Of a stretch of 64,000 nt of DNA, positions 40,560 to 50,977 are shown one piece after another; the stretch's first letter is position 1; each line of letters begins with the position of its first letter. A program made the position numbers and the translations under genes. Below the pieces are notes generated by a model, which did no database searches, was not told the origin of the DNA, and saw only the letters and a program-made list of their open reading frames with translations. The DNA lies in assembly GCA_937897645.1 (NCBI GenBank), contig CALCNV010000140.1:110872-174871 (forward strand), written 5' to 3'. Source of the stretch: an uncultured Lysobacteraceae bacterium. Its GTDB lineage: Bacteria > Pseudomonadota > Gammaproteobacteria > Xanthomonadales > Xanthomonadaceae.

Positions 40560-40804
40560 TTTGTGGATGGGACGATGCGCGCAGTGCTTATACGCTCTGC
40601 TTGGATGGGACAAGAAGCACCCTAAGCTCGTGCAGCTGTCATGGAGAACACGCCTGTAGCGCGGAGCAGGCGGCGTGGAGAGCAACGACAAGCACCCCCA
40701 ATCCCCCCATTCCGTCGCCCAAATCCCCGTTTCGTCGCGGCACCCAACACATCGGCAGGATGCGCGGGTAATCTCCACCGCATTCCAGCCGTCCGAGCCA
40801 TTCC

Positions 40805-42058
40805 GTGAAAACCAGCTTCTTCTTCATCTTCCGCATCGCCGCCGCCTGGACCTTCGCCTACCTGGTCTTCCTGATCGTGTGGAGCGAAGTCTTCAACGGC
40901 AACGGCCCCGACGGACTGTTCTTCCTGCTGTTCGTGGTCACCCTCGGCTTCGTCATTGCCGGCGCCGTGTCCCACATCCGCCGCATCCGCCTGATCGCCG
41001 GCAAGATCGACCCCGGCACCCTGGCCAACCGCCATACCCGCCAGGTCGAAGTACCATTGGAAGCCGGCGAAGCCTTCGACCTCGTCGATGCCGCCATCCG
41101 CGAACTGCCGCGCTCCGAGGACATCGAAAGCGCACGCGACAGCCTGCAGGTGCGAGCCAAAGTCACCCGCCTCAACCCATACAGCAACAAGGCGCCGGGC
41201 CACTTCAATCCGCTGTACTGGATCCACATCAAGCGCAACCAGATACTCGCCACCGTGACACCCGGTGACGGCATCAGCAGCGTGGCCCTGGTGTGCGAGC
41301 CCGAGAGCGGCGCGTGGAGTGACTGGTTCAAGGTGGATGACGGCACCAACCTGGAGAACGCCGAAGCCATCACCCGCGCCATTTCCCGCCGCGTCGCCGA
41401 ACACCGTCGCAACGAACAGGCCGCCGCGCAGCAGACCGTGACCGAAAAAGAACTCACCGTCGCCAAACTGAGCCTGCTGCACGCGCAGGTCGAACCGCAC
41501 TTCCTCTACAACACACTGGCAAGCGCGCAATACCTCACCCGCAGCGATCCGGCCCGCGCCGATGAAATGCTGGGCAACCTGATCACCTACCTGCGCCACT
41601 CGCTGCCGCGGACCGAAGACTCGCTGTCCACGCTGGGCGAAGAACTGGAACGTGCGCGTGCCTACCTGGAAATCCTGAAGATCCGCATGGGCAATCGACT
41701 GGCCTTGCAGATCGAAGTGCCCGAAGCGCTGAAGTCCATTCCGTTCCCGACCATGATGCTGCAGACCCTGGTGGAGAACGCGATCAAGCACGGGCTGGAA
41801 CCCAAGTCCGGCGGTGGCACGGTCTGGATCATCGCGCGCACCATCGACGACACGCTCGCGGTCACCGTGGCCGATGACGGCCAGGGTTTCAATGCGGAGA
41901 GCAGCGGTACCGGCATCGGGCTGAAGAATGTGCGCGAACGCCTGCGCCTGGCTTACGGCGGCACCGCCTCGTTCGCCATCGTCGCCAACTTCCCCAGCGG
42001 CGTCGCCGCGACCATCAACATCCCCAGCACCTCCGTGCAGGGAGGCGACCATGCTTAA
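40805..42058 (+). CDS. LytS/YehU-type sensor histidine kinase
   Basis: LHAQVEPHFLYNTL, LQTLVENAIKHG, DDG.G, GIGL.N.RERL. Confidence 0.93.
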   Translation: MKTSFFFIFRIAAAWTFAYLVFLIVWSEVFNGNGPDGLFFLLFVVTLGFVIAGAVSHIRRIRLIAGKIDPGTLANRHTRQVEVPLEAGEAFDLVDAAIRELPRSEDIESARDSLQVRAKVTRLNPYSNKAPGHFNPLYWIHIKRNQILATVTPGDGISSVALVCEPESGAWSDWFKVDDGTNLENAEAITRAISRRVAEHRRNEQAAAQQTVTEKELTVAKLSLLHAQVEPHFLYNTLASAQYLTRSDPARADEMLGNLITYLRHSLPRTEDSLSTLGEELERARAYLEILKIRMGNRLALQIEVPEALKSIPFPTMMLQTLVENAIKHGLEPKSGGGTVWIIARTIDDTLAVTVADDGQGFNAESSGTGIGLKNVRERLRLAYGGTASFAIVANFPSGVAATINIPSTSVQGGDHA

Positions 42059-42818
42059 GTGCGTCATTGCCGAAGACGAAGCGCTGCTGCGCGATGAACT
42101 GTCACGCCTGCTGTCGGCAGCGTGGCCCGCATTGGACATCGTCGCCGAATGCGACGACGGCGGCACGGCGCTGGAAGCCATCGCTGAGCACCAGCCCGAG
42201 GTCGCCTTCCTGGACATCCGCATGCCCGGATTGACCGGTCTCGAAGTCGCGGCGGCTGCAGCGGAAGCCAGCCCGAACACCCAGATCGTGTTCGTCACCG
42301 CCTACGACCAGTACGCCATCGATGCCTTCGACAAAGGCGCGGTGGACTACCTGCTCAAGCCGATTGCGCCCGAGCGGTTGGCGGCCACCGTGCAACGCCT
42401 CCAGGCCCGCATCACGCAGGGCAATCCGGATGCCGAATCACTGGCCGCGCTCGTCAAGCAACTGGGCGAACGCCTGCAACCCGCCGCGCTGGAGCCGCTG
42501 GTATGGATCACCGCCAGTGCCGGCAAGGAAACGCGGTTGATCATGGTTGAAGACGTGGCGTACTTCCAGGCCGACCACAAATACACCGTAGTGATGACCG
42601 CGGAAGGCGAATCACTGCTGCGCAAGCCGATCCGCGAATTGCTGGACGTGCTGGATCCGTCAGTCTTCAAGCAGATCCATCGTTCCACCATCGTCAACCT
42701 GAAGGCCATCGCGTCTATCACTCGCGATGACAGCGGCAAGGGCACGGTCAAGCTGAAATCGCGGCCCGAAACATTGACCGTCAGCCAGCCCTTCATGGCC
42801 TTGTTCCGCAACATGTAG
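42051..42818 (+). CDS. LytTR-family response regulator
   Basis: AEDE, FLDIRMPG, VTAYD, DYLLKP, F.QIHRSTIVN. Confidence 0.95.
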   Translation: MLKCVIAEDEALLRDELSRLLSAAWPALDIVAECDDGGTALEAIAEHQPEVAFLDIRMPGLTGLEVAAAAAEASPNTQIVFVTAYDQYAIDAFDKGAVDYLLKPIAPERLAATVQRLQARITQGNPDAESLAALVKQLGERLQPAALEPLVWITASAGKETRLIMVEDVAYFQADHKYTVVMTAEGESLLRKPIRELLDVLDPSVFKQIHRSTIVNLKAIASITRDDSGKGTVKLKSRPETLTVSQPFMALFRNM

Positions 42819-42864
42819 TCGGCCTTCGGCGCACGTCGCCGAGGCCCTCCATCGAGGAAACACC

Positions 42865-43233
42865 ATGCGCTTCTTGATGTCGCTGTTTTCATTCTTGTGC
42901 GCGTTGCTGGGTTACGATCCGCAGCCCGACACGGTCACCATGACGTTCTCTCCCGTGGATGGCATCGGGCTGCATCAGGCGAAGTTCCTTGCGAGCAACG
43001 GCAATACCCGTTTTGAGTGCCTCAGCAGTTCGACCGGCAAGTGCAACTACGTGGTGTACGTAAACCAATGCAATGCGTCCGAACCGAAAGTCGCCGAGTG
43101 CACTACGAAAATATTGGAGAAGTTCACGCTGGCCAGTGGCGATGCGCGGGAGTTCAAGGCACTGCCCGCGGCTGCCAGACACTGCCTGAGCCATGATGCG
43201 ATGCCGGTTGTACCGGAGTGCGGCAAGGGTTGA
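42865..43233 (+). CDS. Cys-rich exported hypothetical protein
   Basis: GAGG SD, hydrophobic N-terminus, FEC..S.TG.C.Y. Confidence 0.7.
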   Translation: MRFLMSLFSFLCALLGYDPQPDTVTMTFSPVDGIGLHQAKFLASNGNTRFECLSSSTGKCNYVVYVNQCNASEPKVAECTTKILEKFTLASGDAREFKALPAAARHCLSHDAMPVVPECGKG

Positions 43234-43284
43234 GGCGTTTGGTCAGTAGAGCCTGCTTAGAGACTACTCACGCGAAATTTCCAG

Positions 43285-43374
43285 GATCGTCATTCCCGCG
43301 AAGGCGGGAATCCAGCGCCTTTCGTTGTAATGGGTGGAAGTCACTGGATCCCCGCCTTCGCGGGGATGACGATC
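43285..43374. repeat. Palindromic element GTCATTCCCGCGAAGGCGGGAATCCAG...CTGGATCCCCGCCTTCGCGGGGATGAC (dRS3/RPE-like)
   Basis: Long inverted repeat between convergent genes. Confidence 0.88.
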
Positions 43375-43381
43375 GAAAAGA

Positions 43382-44452
43382 TCACCGCTGCGAATGCATT
43401 GAATCTTCAATGGCAGTGCAAACGACCTCGCGTCGTTCCAACGAACTCTGCATGCCCCATTCCAGCATCGCCATGACCTCCAGCGCCTGCACCGGCGTCA
43501 CCGGTGCCGGACTGCCGCGCACGATCGCATCGCGCAAGGCAACGTAGTACTGGCGATAGTCGCCGGGAATCCCCGGCATGCGGCTCACCTGCACGCCATC
43601 GTCGCTGGCCACATGCAGTTCACCTGAACGCGCATCCACGCCCCAGTTGGCTTCGCCAGGGATGCCACCGTCACGCAACGCGCTTTCCTGTACGTCCAGC
43701 CCATGCTTCAGGTAGCTGCCGCGTGTGCCGTGCACGGCGAAGCGGAGTCCGTTTGCGGGCACCAGCGAACCGGCATGCAGCACCACGCGCAGGGTGGGGT
43801 AGCGCAACTGCACGTGGAAATAGTCCGCTACTTGCGCACGCTCTCGCTGCAGGGCGATATCGGCGGTCACCGCAAGCGGCATGCCGAACAGTTGCAGCGC
43901 CTGATCCAGCAGGTGCGGGCCCAGGTCGTACCACAGCCCGGAACCGGGCTGGTCGCGCTCGCGCCAGCGATCGGCCACTACGGGGCGATGGCGGTCGAAG
44001 TGCGAATGGAATTCCGAGATCTCGCCCAACACTCCATCCGCGATCAGTTTCTGGACGCTGAGGAAGTCGCTGTCCCAGCGCCGGTTCTGGAACACGCTGA
44101 CGAGTCGCCGCGCACGCGCCGCATTGGCAATGACTTCTCTTGCTTCCTGCGAGGTGATGGTAAACGGCTTGTCCACCACCACGTGCTTGCCTGCGGCCAG
44201 CGCCGCGTTGGCCAACGCCGCATGCACCGTATTTGGTGCGGCAATCACCACCAGGTCGATATCGCTATCGGTGAAGGCGGTGCCTGCGTCGGCGACCACC
44301 CGCATGCCGGGATCATCGGCCAGTACCTTGGTCGGGTCGCTCGACACCACCGTGTGCAGGTGCAGGCCCGGCGTGTGGCAGATCAGCGGTGCATGGAACA
44401 CCCTGCCGACCAGGCCATAGCCCACCAGCGCCACGTTGAGGGTTGGTTCCAC
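43382..44452 (-). CDS. Gfo/Idh/MocA oxidoreductase (YdgJ-like)
   Basis: VGYG..G..FH.P.I, GKHVVVDKPF, FQNRRWD.DF, DLGPHL.DQ. Confidence 0.92.
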   Translation of the reverse strand: MEPTLNVALVGYGLVGRVFHAPLICHTPGLHLHTVVSSDPTKVLADDPGMRVVADAGTAFTDSDIDLVVIAAPNTVHAALANAALAAGKHVVVDKPFTITSQEAREVIANAARARRLVSVFQNRRWDSDFLSVQKLIADGVLGEISEFHSHFDRHRPVVADRWRERDQPGSGLWYDLGPHLLDQALQLFGMPLAVTADIALQRERAQVADYFHVQLRYPTLRVVLHAGSLVPANGLRFAVHGTRGSYLKHGLDVQESALRDGGIPGEANWGVDARSGELHVASDDGVQVSRMPGIPGDYRQYYVALRDAIVRGSPAPVTPVQALEVMAMLEWGMQSSLERREVVCTAIEDSMHSQR

Positions 44453-44583
44453 CTGCTGCTCCTGTCACGCCGCGAAGGGTCGAGGCGAGCAGTCTAATAC
44501 GCCACCCATCGACCGCCTGCAGCATGCAGCACCGTGAAGCTGGCATCATGCAACGCATCCACTTGTCGCCGGGGCGGTTCCGC

Positions 44584-46149
44584 ATGCTAGCCATATCGAA
44601 GTGCGCGGCCTTGCTCGCCACAGGGTTGTTGCTTGCCGCGACGGCCGACTGCCGTGCCGGTGACGCCGCATCGTCCGTGCCGACAGCCAGCGTTCGCGAC
44701 GGCAGGCTGCAGGGTCGGCATGCGGAAGGACTGTCGGTATTCCAGGGCATTCCGTTTGCGGCACCACCCACGGGCGCGCTGCGCTGGCGCGAACCGCAAC
44801 CGGTGCAGCCGTGGAACGGCGTGCGCAAGGCGGATGCATATGCCGCGTCGTGCATGCAGAAGGCCGACATGCCGGTATCGGCGGGGGGCACCACGGGTGC
44901 GCTGGGCGAAGACTGCCTGTACCTCAACGTGTGGACACCCTCGACCGGGCCCGCCGGCAAGCGCCCCGTGATGGTGTGGATACACGGTGGCGCGCTGGTG
45001 TTTGGCTCCGGCAACGTGCCGCTGTATGACGGCACTGCGCTCGCAAAGCGCGATGCGGTGGTAGTGACGATCAACTACCGCATGGGCGCGCTGGGCTTCT
45101 TCACCCATCCCGCACTGGATGGTGGGCGTGCAGCCGCAACAGCCAACTACGGCCTGCTGGACCAGATCGCCGCATTGCGCTGGGTGCGCGACAACATTGC
45201 CGCGTTCGGCGGTGATCCGGGCAACGTGACCATTTTCGGCGAGTCCGCTGGTGCGCAAAGCGTGCTCGCGCTCTACGCATCACCATTGGCCAAGGGTCTG
45301 TTCCACAAGGGCATCGCACAGAGTCCGTATGGCATTCCCAGCCACACGCGTGCACACGCACGTGACGTCAGCGTGCGGGTGTCGACTGCAGTTGGCGCTG
45401 CGGGCGCAGACGCTACCGCGTCGGAACTGCGCGCCATACCCGCCGAGCGATTCTTTGACCTGGGTGAAAAAGGACCTACGCTGGCCCCGGGCTTCATCGT
45501 CGGCGATTTGGCGGTACCGCGGCCGATCCTGCAGGCCTTCCAGAACAAACAGCAGGCGCGGGTGCCGTTGATCATCGGCAGCAACAGCGACGAAGCCACG
45601 GTAGCGCTTGCATTCGGTGTCGATCCAGCGGCGCTGATCGCGCGCATGGGCGGCGGCAGGGCGCTGGTAAAAAAGCTGTATCCCGACGTGACCGATGATG
45701 CGCAACTGGGGCGCGAACTTATGCGTGACGTGGTCTTCACCGCCTTCGCACGTCGCATCTCGTATCTTCACTCGCAGTCGGCGCCGAGCTGGCGCTACTA
45801 CTTCAGCCACGTACAGGAAAACATGCAGGGCAAGGTGCCGGGCGTGGCCCATGGTGCGGAAATTCCGTTCGTCATGGGCACGGGCGACCGCTGCGACTGC
45901 CTGCCAGCAGCATTCACCGACCTGGACCGCAGGGTGTCGGGCGGCGTGGGCGACTACTGGGCAAGCTTCGCGCGCAGCGGTACGCCTGCGGTAGCGGATG
46001 CGCCACGTTGGCCGCAGGATGGCAGGAAGAACGTGCATGTCATGGAGTTCGCTGCACGCCCCATGCCACGGGAAGACTTCATGAGCACGCGCCTGGATGC
46101 ACTTATCCTGACCTTGAAGGCAGCAGGCAGTGCGTGGGGAAAGCAATGA
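44584..46149 (+). CDS. Secreted type-B carboxylesterase
   Basis: EDCLYLNVW, WIHGG, FGESAG, HGAEI. Confidence 0.92.
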   Translation: MLAISKCAALLATGLLLAATADCRAGDAASSVPTASVRDGRLQGRHAEGLSVFQGIPFAAPPTGALRWREPQPVQPWNGVRKADAYAASCMQKADMPVSAGGTTGALGEDCLYLNVWTPSTGPAGKRPVMVWIHGGALVFGSGNVPLYDGTALAKRDAVVVTINYRMGALGFFTHPALDGGRAAATANYGLLDQIAALRWVRDNIAAFGGDPGNVTIFGESAGAQSVLALYASPLAKGLFHKGIAQSPYGIPSHTRAHARDVSVRVSTAVGAAGADATASELRAIPAERFFDLGEKGPTLAPGFIVGDLAVPRPILQAFQNKQQARVPLIIGSNSDEATVALAFGVDPAALIARMGGGRALVKKLYPDVTDDAQLGRELMRDVVFTAFARRISYLHSQSAPSWRYYFSHVQENMQGKVPGVAHGAEIPFVMGTGDRCDCLPAAFTDLDRRVSGGVGDYWASFARSGTPAVADAPRWPQDGRKNVHVMEFAARPMPREDFMSTRLDALILTLKAAGSAWGKQ

Positions 46150-47771
46150 ACATCAAGGCCGAGTCCGTGGACACTTCAAAGCGTGCGAATTCCCGGAAAA
46201 CGTGGCCGCGGCGCATCCTCGGCTGGATTGGGTCGCTCTTCCTCGCGTTGGTGTTGCTGGTCGTGGCGACGTGGGCGCTTGGCTACACGCGCCTGCCGCC
46301 CCGTCCTGAGTTGCCTGTCGACAACGCGCTGCCCACGGCCTTGGCCACGCCGCTGGACAAGGGTATCGAACCACTCCTGTCGGCGCATGCGGGCGAGTCC
46401 GGTTTTCGCATGGTGTCCGACGGCGTGGAAGCCTTCGCACTGCGTGCCTTCAGTGCGCGCGCCGCAGGCCGCAGCCTGGACGTGCAGACCTACATCTGGC
46501 ACGACGACCTGACCGGCAAGCTGTTGGCAAGTGAACTGCTCGCGGCGGCCGACCGCGGCGTGCGCGTACGGCTGTTGTTGGATGACATGGACGCACGTGC
46601 CAACAACTTCACCATGGCGGCGCTGGACGCGCACGAGAATATCGAGGTCAGGCTGTTCAACCCGTTCGCATCGCGTAGCGGGATCCTGGGCCAGCTGGCG
46701 GAATTCGCCACCAGCTTCTCGCGCATCAACCACCGCATGCACAACAAGGCATGGATCGCCGATAACCGCATCGCCATCGCCGGCGGTCGCAACATCGGCA
46801 ATGAGTATTTTTCCGCCAGCGAAGCCATGAATTTCATGGACCTTGATTTCGCGATGCTGGGTCCGGCGGTGGGGAGCCTGAGCGAGTCGTTCGACCGCTA
46901 CTGGAATTCCGCCGCCACCTGGCCACAGGAAACACTGAGCCCGGGCCTGGGGGATGCCGCGGCGCTGGTCTCGTTGCGCAACTCGATCGCCCGCAGCCTG
47001 GAGCAGTCGGCAGTCTCGCCCTGGGTCAAGTCGCTGGCGGGAAGCAATGCCGTGCGGCGCATTGTGTCCGGCGACCTGCCCGTGCACTGGACATCGCAAT
47101 GGAAGCTGCTGGCCGATGATCCGCTCAAGGCATTGAATGACGACGACCCGCTGGCGCGTTCCGAAGTGATGCGCGGCCTGTCCGAAGCCCTGGGCCAGGC
47201 GAAGACCTCGATAACCCTGATCTCGCCCTATTTCGTGCCCGGTGATGCAGGGACGGATTCGTTGGCGAACACCGTTGCAAGCGGCAAGACAGTGTCCATA
47301 CTGACCAACTCGCTCGCCGCCAATGACGTGGCCGCCGTGCATGGCGGTTACTCGAAATACCGCCCGCGCCTGGTCGATGGCGGCGTGGGGCTATGGGAAT
47401 TGAAGCCCGATCCGGGCCATGCGATCAACCGCAGCCTGTTTGGTTCGTCGGGCGCAAGCCTGCATACGAAGGCTGCGTTGATCGACGATGCCACGGTCTT
47501 CGTCGGTTCGTTCAACCTGGATCCGCGATCCGTGTCGCTGAACACCGAACAGGGCGTGCTGGCCACGCATCCGGTGCTCGCCGCAGAACTTGCGCACATA
47601 TTCAAGCGCTCGACCCGTGGCAATCGCGCCTGGCAAATTGGGCGCGATCCCGATGGCAAGCTGCAATGGAGTGACGGCAAGACGACGGTGCAGGCGGAGC
47701 CCGATGCAACCCTGGGTCGTCGCGTCGTTGCCCAGCTGATGCGCTGGTTGCCCGTTGATTCGCAGTTGTAG
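46146..47771 (+). CDS. Phospholipase D family protein (ClsC/YmdC-like)
   Basis: Two HKD motifs: HNKAWIAD and HTKAALID. Confidence 0.92.
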   Translation: MNIKAESVDTSKRANSRKTWPRRILGWIGSLFLALVLLVVATWALGYTRLPPRPELPVDNALPTALATPLDKGIEPLLSAHAGESGFRMVSDGVEAFALRAFSARAAGRSLDVQTYIWHDDLTGKLLASELLAAADRGVRVRLLLDDMDARANNFTMAALDAHENIEVRLFNPFASRSGILGQLAEFATSFSRINHRMHNKAWIADNRIAIAGGRNIGNEYFSASEAMNFMDLDFAMLGPAVGSLSESFDRYWNSAATWPQETLSPGLGDAAALVSLRNSIARSLEQSAVSPWVKSLAGSNAVRRIVSGDLPVHWTSQWKLLADDPLKALNDDDPLARSEVMRGLSEALGQAKTSITLISPYFVPGDAGTDSLANTVASGKTVSILTNSLAANDVAAVHGGYSKYRPRLVDGGVGLWELKPDPGHAINRSLFGSSGASLHTKAALIDDATVFVGSFNLDPRSVSLNTEQGVLATHPVLAAELAHIFKRSTRGNRAWQIGRDPDGKLQWSDGKTTVQAEPDATLGRRVVAQLMRWLPVDSQL

Positions 47772-47829
47772 TGCCTATCGTGTAAACAGGACGCATGGGA
47801 TTGTTCCATGCAACAAGGAAGCCATACGA

Positions 47830-48396
47830 ATGAAGACGTCCTTATTTGGCGCCGCGCTGTCAGCGCTCTTGTTGGCAGCCTGCGATCCATCCGCGGATAC
47901 GAAGTCGCCCGAGGCGACGCCACCGCCGGCCGACACGGCTACCGTGCACGCCCCTGATGCCGTCACCGGCCCTGTCGATGCCGCTGCGGCTACACCACCG
48001 GTTGCAGGCGACAACACCGCCGTCAATACCGCCATTGATCGCCTCCTCGGTGACCACGCCAAGTACCAGGCCGTGATCGAGGCTTACCAGAAGGCCGTCA
48101 CCGACGGCGACAAGGCCGCTGTCGCGGCTCTGGTCAACTATCCGCTGGCAGCGACCATCAACGGCAAGCAAACTTCGATTCCCGACGCCATGGCCTTCGT
48201 CGGACACTATGACCAGATCATCACGCCGGCCATCGCGAACGCGGTCAAGGCACAGCAGTATTCGCTGCTGGCGGTCAGCGGCAAGGGCGTGATGTTCGGC
48301 AGTGGCGAAACCTGGATCAACGGCATCTGCAAGGCGGGCAGCGCGGATTGCAGCGAATTCGACGTGAAGGTGATCGCCATCCAGCCCGGTGCGTAG
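47830..48396 (+). CDS. Hypothetical lipoprotein
   Basis: Lipobox LLAAC, Pro/Ala linker, GVMFG.GE.WI. Confidence 0.75.
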   Translation: MKTSLFGAALSALLLAACDPSADTKSPEATPPPADTATVHAPDAVTGPVDAAAATPPVAGDNTAVNTAIDRLLGDHAKYQAVIEAYQKAVTDGDKAAVAALVNYPLAATINGKQTSIPDAMAFVGHYDQIITPAIANAVKAQQYSLLAVSGKGVMFGSGETWINGICKAGSADCSEFDVKVIAIQPGA

Positions 48397-48455
48397 GGCC
48401 GTCGGGTGGCCAGCAGTTCCACGCGCGTTGGGCCGTGGTCGTTTACGATCGCGCC

Positions 48456-49277
48456 ATGACGTCCACTCGAACCATCCTGTCGGCAGTGCTTGCCGTGTCG
48501 CTCCTGTTCGTCGGCATGGCCGCGGATGCGCGCACGATCTATCGCTGCGTGCGCAATGGCACGGTGAGCTTGTCGACTGCGCCGGAACCAGGCTCCAAGT
48601 GCGAAGCCAAGCAGGTGGAGGATGATCCTGGTAAGGCGCCCAACCTGTGGGGCGACATGGGCATCTTCAGCGGGACGCTGTACCAGCGCGAACAGGACGG
48701 CACGATGGTCTACGGCACGCGCAAGCTGCCCGGTGCCACCGAATACCTGAAGTTCACTGTCGAGACGCCACCGGGCGAGCCCGCGCATCCGGGCCTGGGC
48801 AAGGTGGGCAAGCCACGCCTGGACATGTATCCCAAGCAGTTCAAGGCCGCCGCGAAGTCCACGGGGGTCGACGAAGCGTGGCTGCGTTCCATTGCGCATG
48901 CCGAGAGTGGTTTCGATGCCAATGCGCTTTCACCGAAAGGTGCGCAGGGCGTGATGCAGTTGATGCCCGATGTGTCGAAGGAATATGGCGTGAAGGATCC
49001 GTATGCGCCGGGCGAGTCGATCAATGCGGGTGCAAGACACCTCAAGGCACTGCTGAAGCGTTACAAGAATGATCTCGTGCTGGTGGCCGCTGCGTACAAC
49101 GCAGGCATCGGTGCGGTCACGCGTTACAAGGGCGTGCCGCCCTATGCGGAAACACAGGCCTACGTGGAAAAAGTGCAGGCCCTGCACCAGCGCTATCGCC
49201 AGGCAATGGGTACCGCGCCGCTGAAGCCGGCGGATGCAGTCCAGTCATCGCGCAAATTGTCTTCGCCGGCAAAGTAG
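48456..49277 (+). CDS. Lytic transglycosylase (SLT) with N-terminal DUF4124-like domain
   Basis: AESGF, GAQGVMQLMP, AAYNAG, PPYAETQ.YV. Confidence 0.92.
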   Translation: MTSTRTILSAVLAVSLLFVGMAADARTIYRCVRNGTVSLSTAPEPGSKCEAKQVEDDPGKAPNLWGDMGIFSGTLYQREQDGTMVYGTRKLPGATEYLKFTVETPPGEPAHPGLGKVGKPRLDMYPKQFKAAAKSTGVDEAWLRSIAHAESGFDANALSPKGAQGVMQLMPDVSKEYGVKDPYAPGESINAGARHLKALLKRYKNDLVLVAAAYNAGIGAVTRYKGVPPYAETQAYVEKVQALHQRYRQAMGTAPLKPADAVQSSRKLSSPAK

Positions 49278-49357
49278 GGCAAGTAAGCTCATGGGCGATC
49301 GGGCTTGCTACGGTTGAGCAGGGACCCGAGGCTCCAGCTCAAGCCCGAGGCTGCAGT

Positions 49358-49858
49358 TCAAGTAAGCGCTGAAGGGACCTGGTAAGGCAGTGCGGTTGCG
49401 CCTGTCGCCAGAATTGCTGCCTCAACATCCTGCAGACGGCCATTCTCCTCGGCGTCCACGACCAGCAGGATGTTTCCAGCCTCTATTTCGTTCTCGAACG
49501 TGCGGCGTATGGGATCGGGCACCGAAGATCCCACCAGCGCCGACACCCATGTGCCGACCAGACTGCCGCCCACTGTCAACATCGCGGCTCCAGCCAAGGT
49601 GACGCCCAGTGGCGGGAACGCAACCGCCACCAGCCCTGCCAGCAAGCCGGCACCGCCACCAGCGGCCGCGCCGCGCAGCGCGGCGGGCATGAAGTCGGTG
49701 GCCGCGTCCTTGCGGTGGTCGGGAATGGCGTCCAGTTCGATGTCTGCGCGCGCGATGAGCGACAGATTGTCATCCGGCAGTCCGGCGGCACGCGCGGCGA
49801 AGATCGCCTCTTGCGCCGCCGCGAGATGGGGAACGATGAATACATGACGAGTCTTCAT
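49358..49858 (-). CDS. Hypothetical membrane protein (general-stress 17M/DUF1269-like)
   Basis: Gly-zipper GAAAGGGAGLLAGL; EIEAGNILLVVD; AAGGAGG SD. Confidence 0.7.
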   Translation of the reverse strand: MKTRHVFIVPHLAAAQEAIFAARAAGLPDDNLSLIARADIELDAIPDHRKDAATDFMPAALRGAAAGGGAGLLAGLVAVAFPPLGVTLAGAAMLTVGGSLVGTWVSALVGSSVPDPIRRTFENEIEAGNILLVVDAEENGRLQDVEAAILATGATALPYQVPSALT

Positions 49859-49980
49859 GGCTGCCTCCTTTTTCGCATGCTTCACTATTACTCGTGGCAT
49901 GGTTAGTCATGCGTGACGAATGGCAATCGTCGGGTGCCATCCCAGTCCAACCATGTGAACCAGTTCAACGGAGACAGAAC

Positions 49981-50169
49981 ATGCTTCCCCTCGAATCCAT
50001 CCACTGCCCTTATTGCGGAGAATCCATCGACATCGCCATCGACGATTCAGTGGACCACCAGCAATACGTCGAGGATTGCCACGTGTGCTGCAGGCCGATC
50101 AACATCGCGGTCAGCGTGGACGAAGACGGCGCCATCGCCGTGCAGGCGTGGGCTGAGAACGAGGCCTGA
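49981..50169 (+). CDS. CPXCG motif cysteine-rich protein
   Basis: CPYCGE, YVEDCHVCCRPI. Confidence 0.9.
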   Translation: MLPLESIHCPYCGESIDIAIDDSVDHQQYVEDCHVCCRPINIAVSVDEDGAIAVQAWAENEA

Positions 50170-50182
50170 GTAGGGCATCGCG

Positions 50183-50821
50183 TCAGGAAGAGTGCAGCGC
50201 TTCGGACTCGATTACCTGCATGCCCGGTGTCGGATCCAGCGCGTGGCGCAACAATGCCGTGGCGACGGATTCCGCCGGCACCATGCGGTAGCGACGCGGC
50301 AACAGCGGGCCGATCGCGCCGAGTACCTGCATGCCGAAGTGTTCCGCCGGGCGTCGTTGCGTGCGTTCGCCGCCCAGAAGTCCCGGGCGGATGAAGGCCA
50401 GCGATGCATAGCCCAGGGTGGCGAGGTCGCGTTCCAGTTCGCCCTTGGTGCGTGAATAGAAAATGCGCGAATCCGGATTCGCACCGCTGGCGGAGGTCAA
50501 CACGAAGGTTTTCGCGCCGTGCTGCAGTGCCAGTCGCGCCACCGCCAACGGATAGTCATGGTCAACCCTGCGGAATGCAGCCTGCGAACCAGCTACGCGT
50601 ATGGTCGTGCCCAGCGTGCAGATCACAGCGTCCGCCTTCCACCATTCGGCTTCGGTGGGCAGGTGGTCGAAATCCACCACCGGATTGTGCAGGCGTGCCT
50701 GCGCGGGCAGCGGCTTGCGGGTGGGTGCCACCAGCCCGGACACGCGCGGATCCGCCAATGCCTGCTGCATCACGGCCTGGCCCACCAATCCGGTGGCTCC
50801 CACCAACAGCAGTCTCGTCAT
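50183..50821 (-). CDS. NAD(P)-binding oxidoreductase (YraR/TIP30-like)
   Basis: GATGLVG, CTLGTT...AGS...F..VD.DY, FY.RTKGE.E, RPGLL.GER. Confidence 0.9.
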   Translation of the reverse strand: MTRLLLVGATGLVGQAVMQQALADPRVSGLVAPTRKPLPAQARLHNPVVDFDHLPTEAEWWKADAVICTLGTTIRVAGSQAAFRRVDHDYPLAVARLALQHGAKTFVLTSASGANPDSRIFYSRTKGELERDLATLGYASLAFIRPGLLGGERTQRRPAEHFGMQVLGAIGPLLPRRYRMVPAESVATALLRHALDPTPGMQVIESEALHSS

Positions 50822-50977
50822 GTGCATTCCGTCCGGGTAGCCAATCGTCGCTGCGTTCGATTGTGACCCAAGCGCATGCGCTAGAGTGTGTCTTCGCGTA
50901 CATGCGTCCTGCGGAGTTCCCATGGCCTTCCCAGTCAGTCCTGTCTTCAGCTGCAGTAGCGCATGGAGTGCATGCGC

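Noticed and set aside
46146-48396. PLD plus downstream lipoprotein as a toxin-immunity pair
   Set aside because: The PLD has ClsC-like housekeeping architecture with an N-terminal TM, and there are no secretion-system markers nearby.
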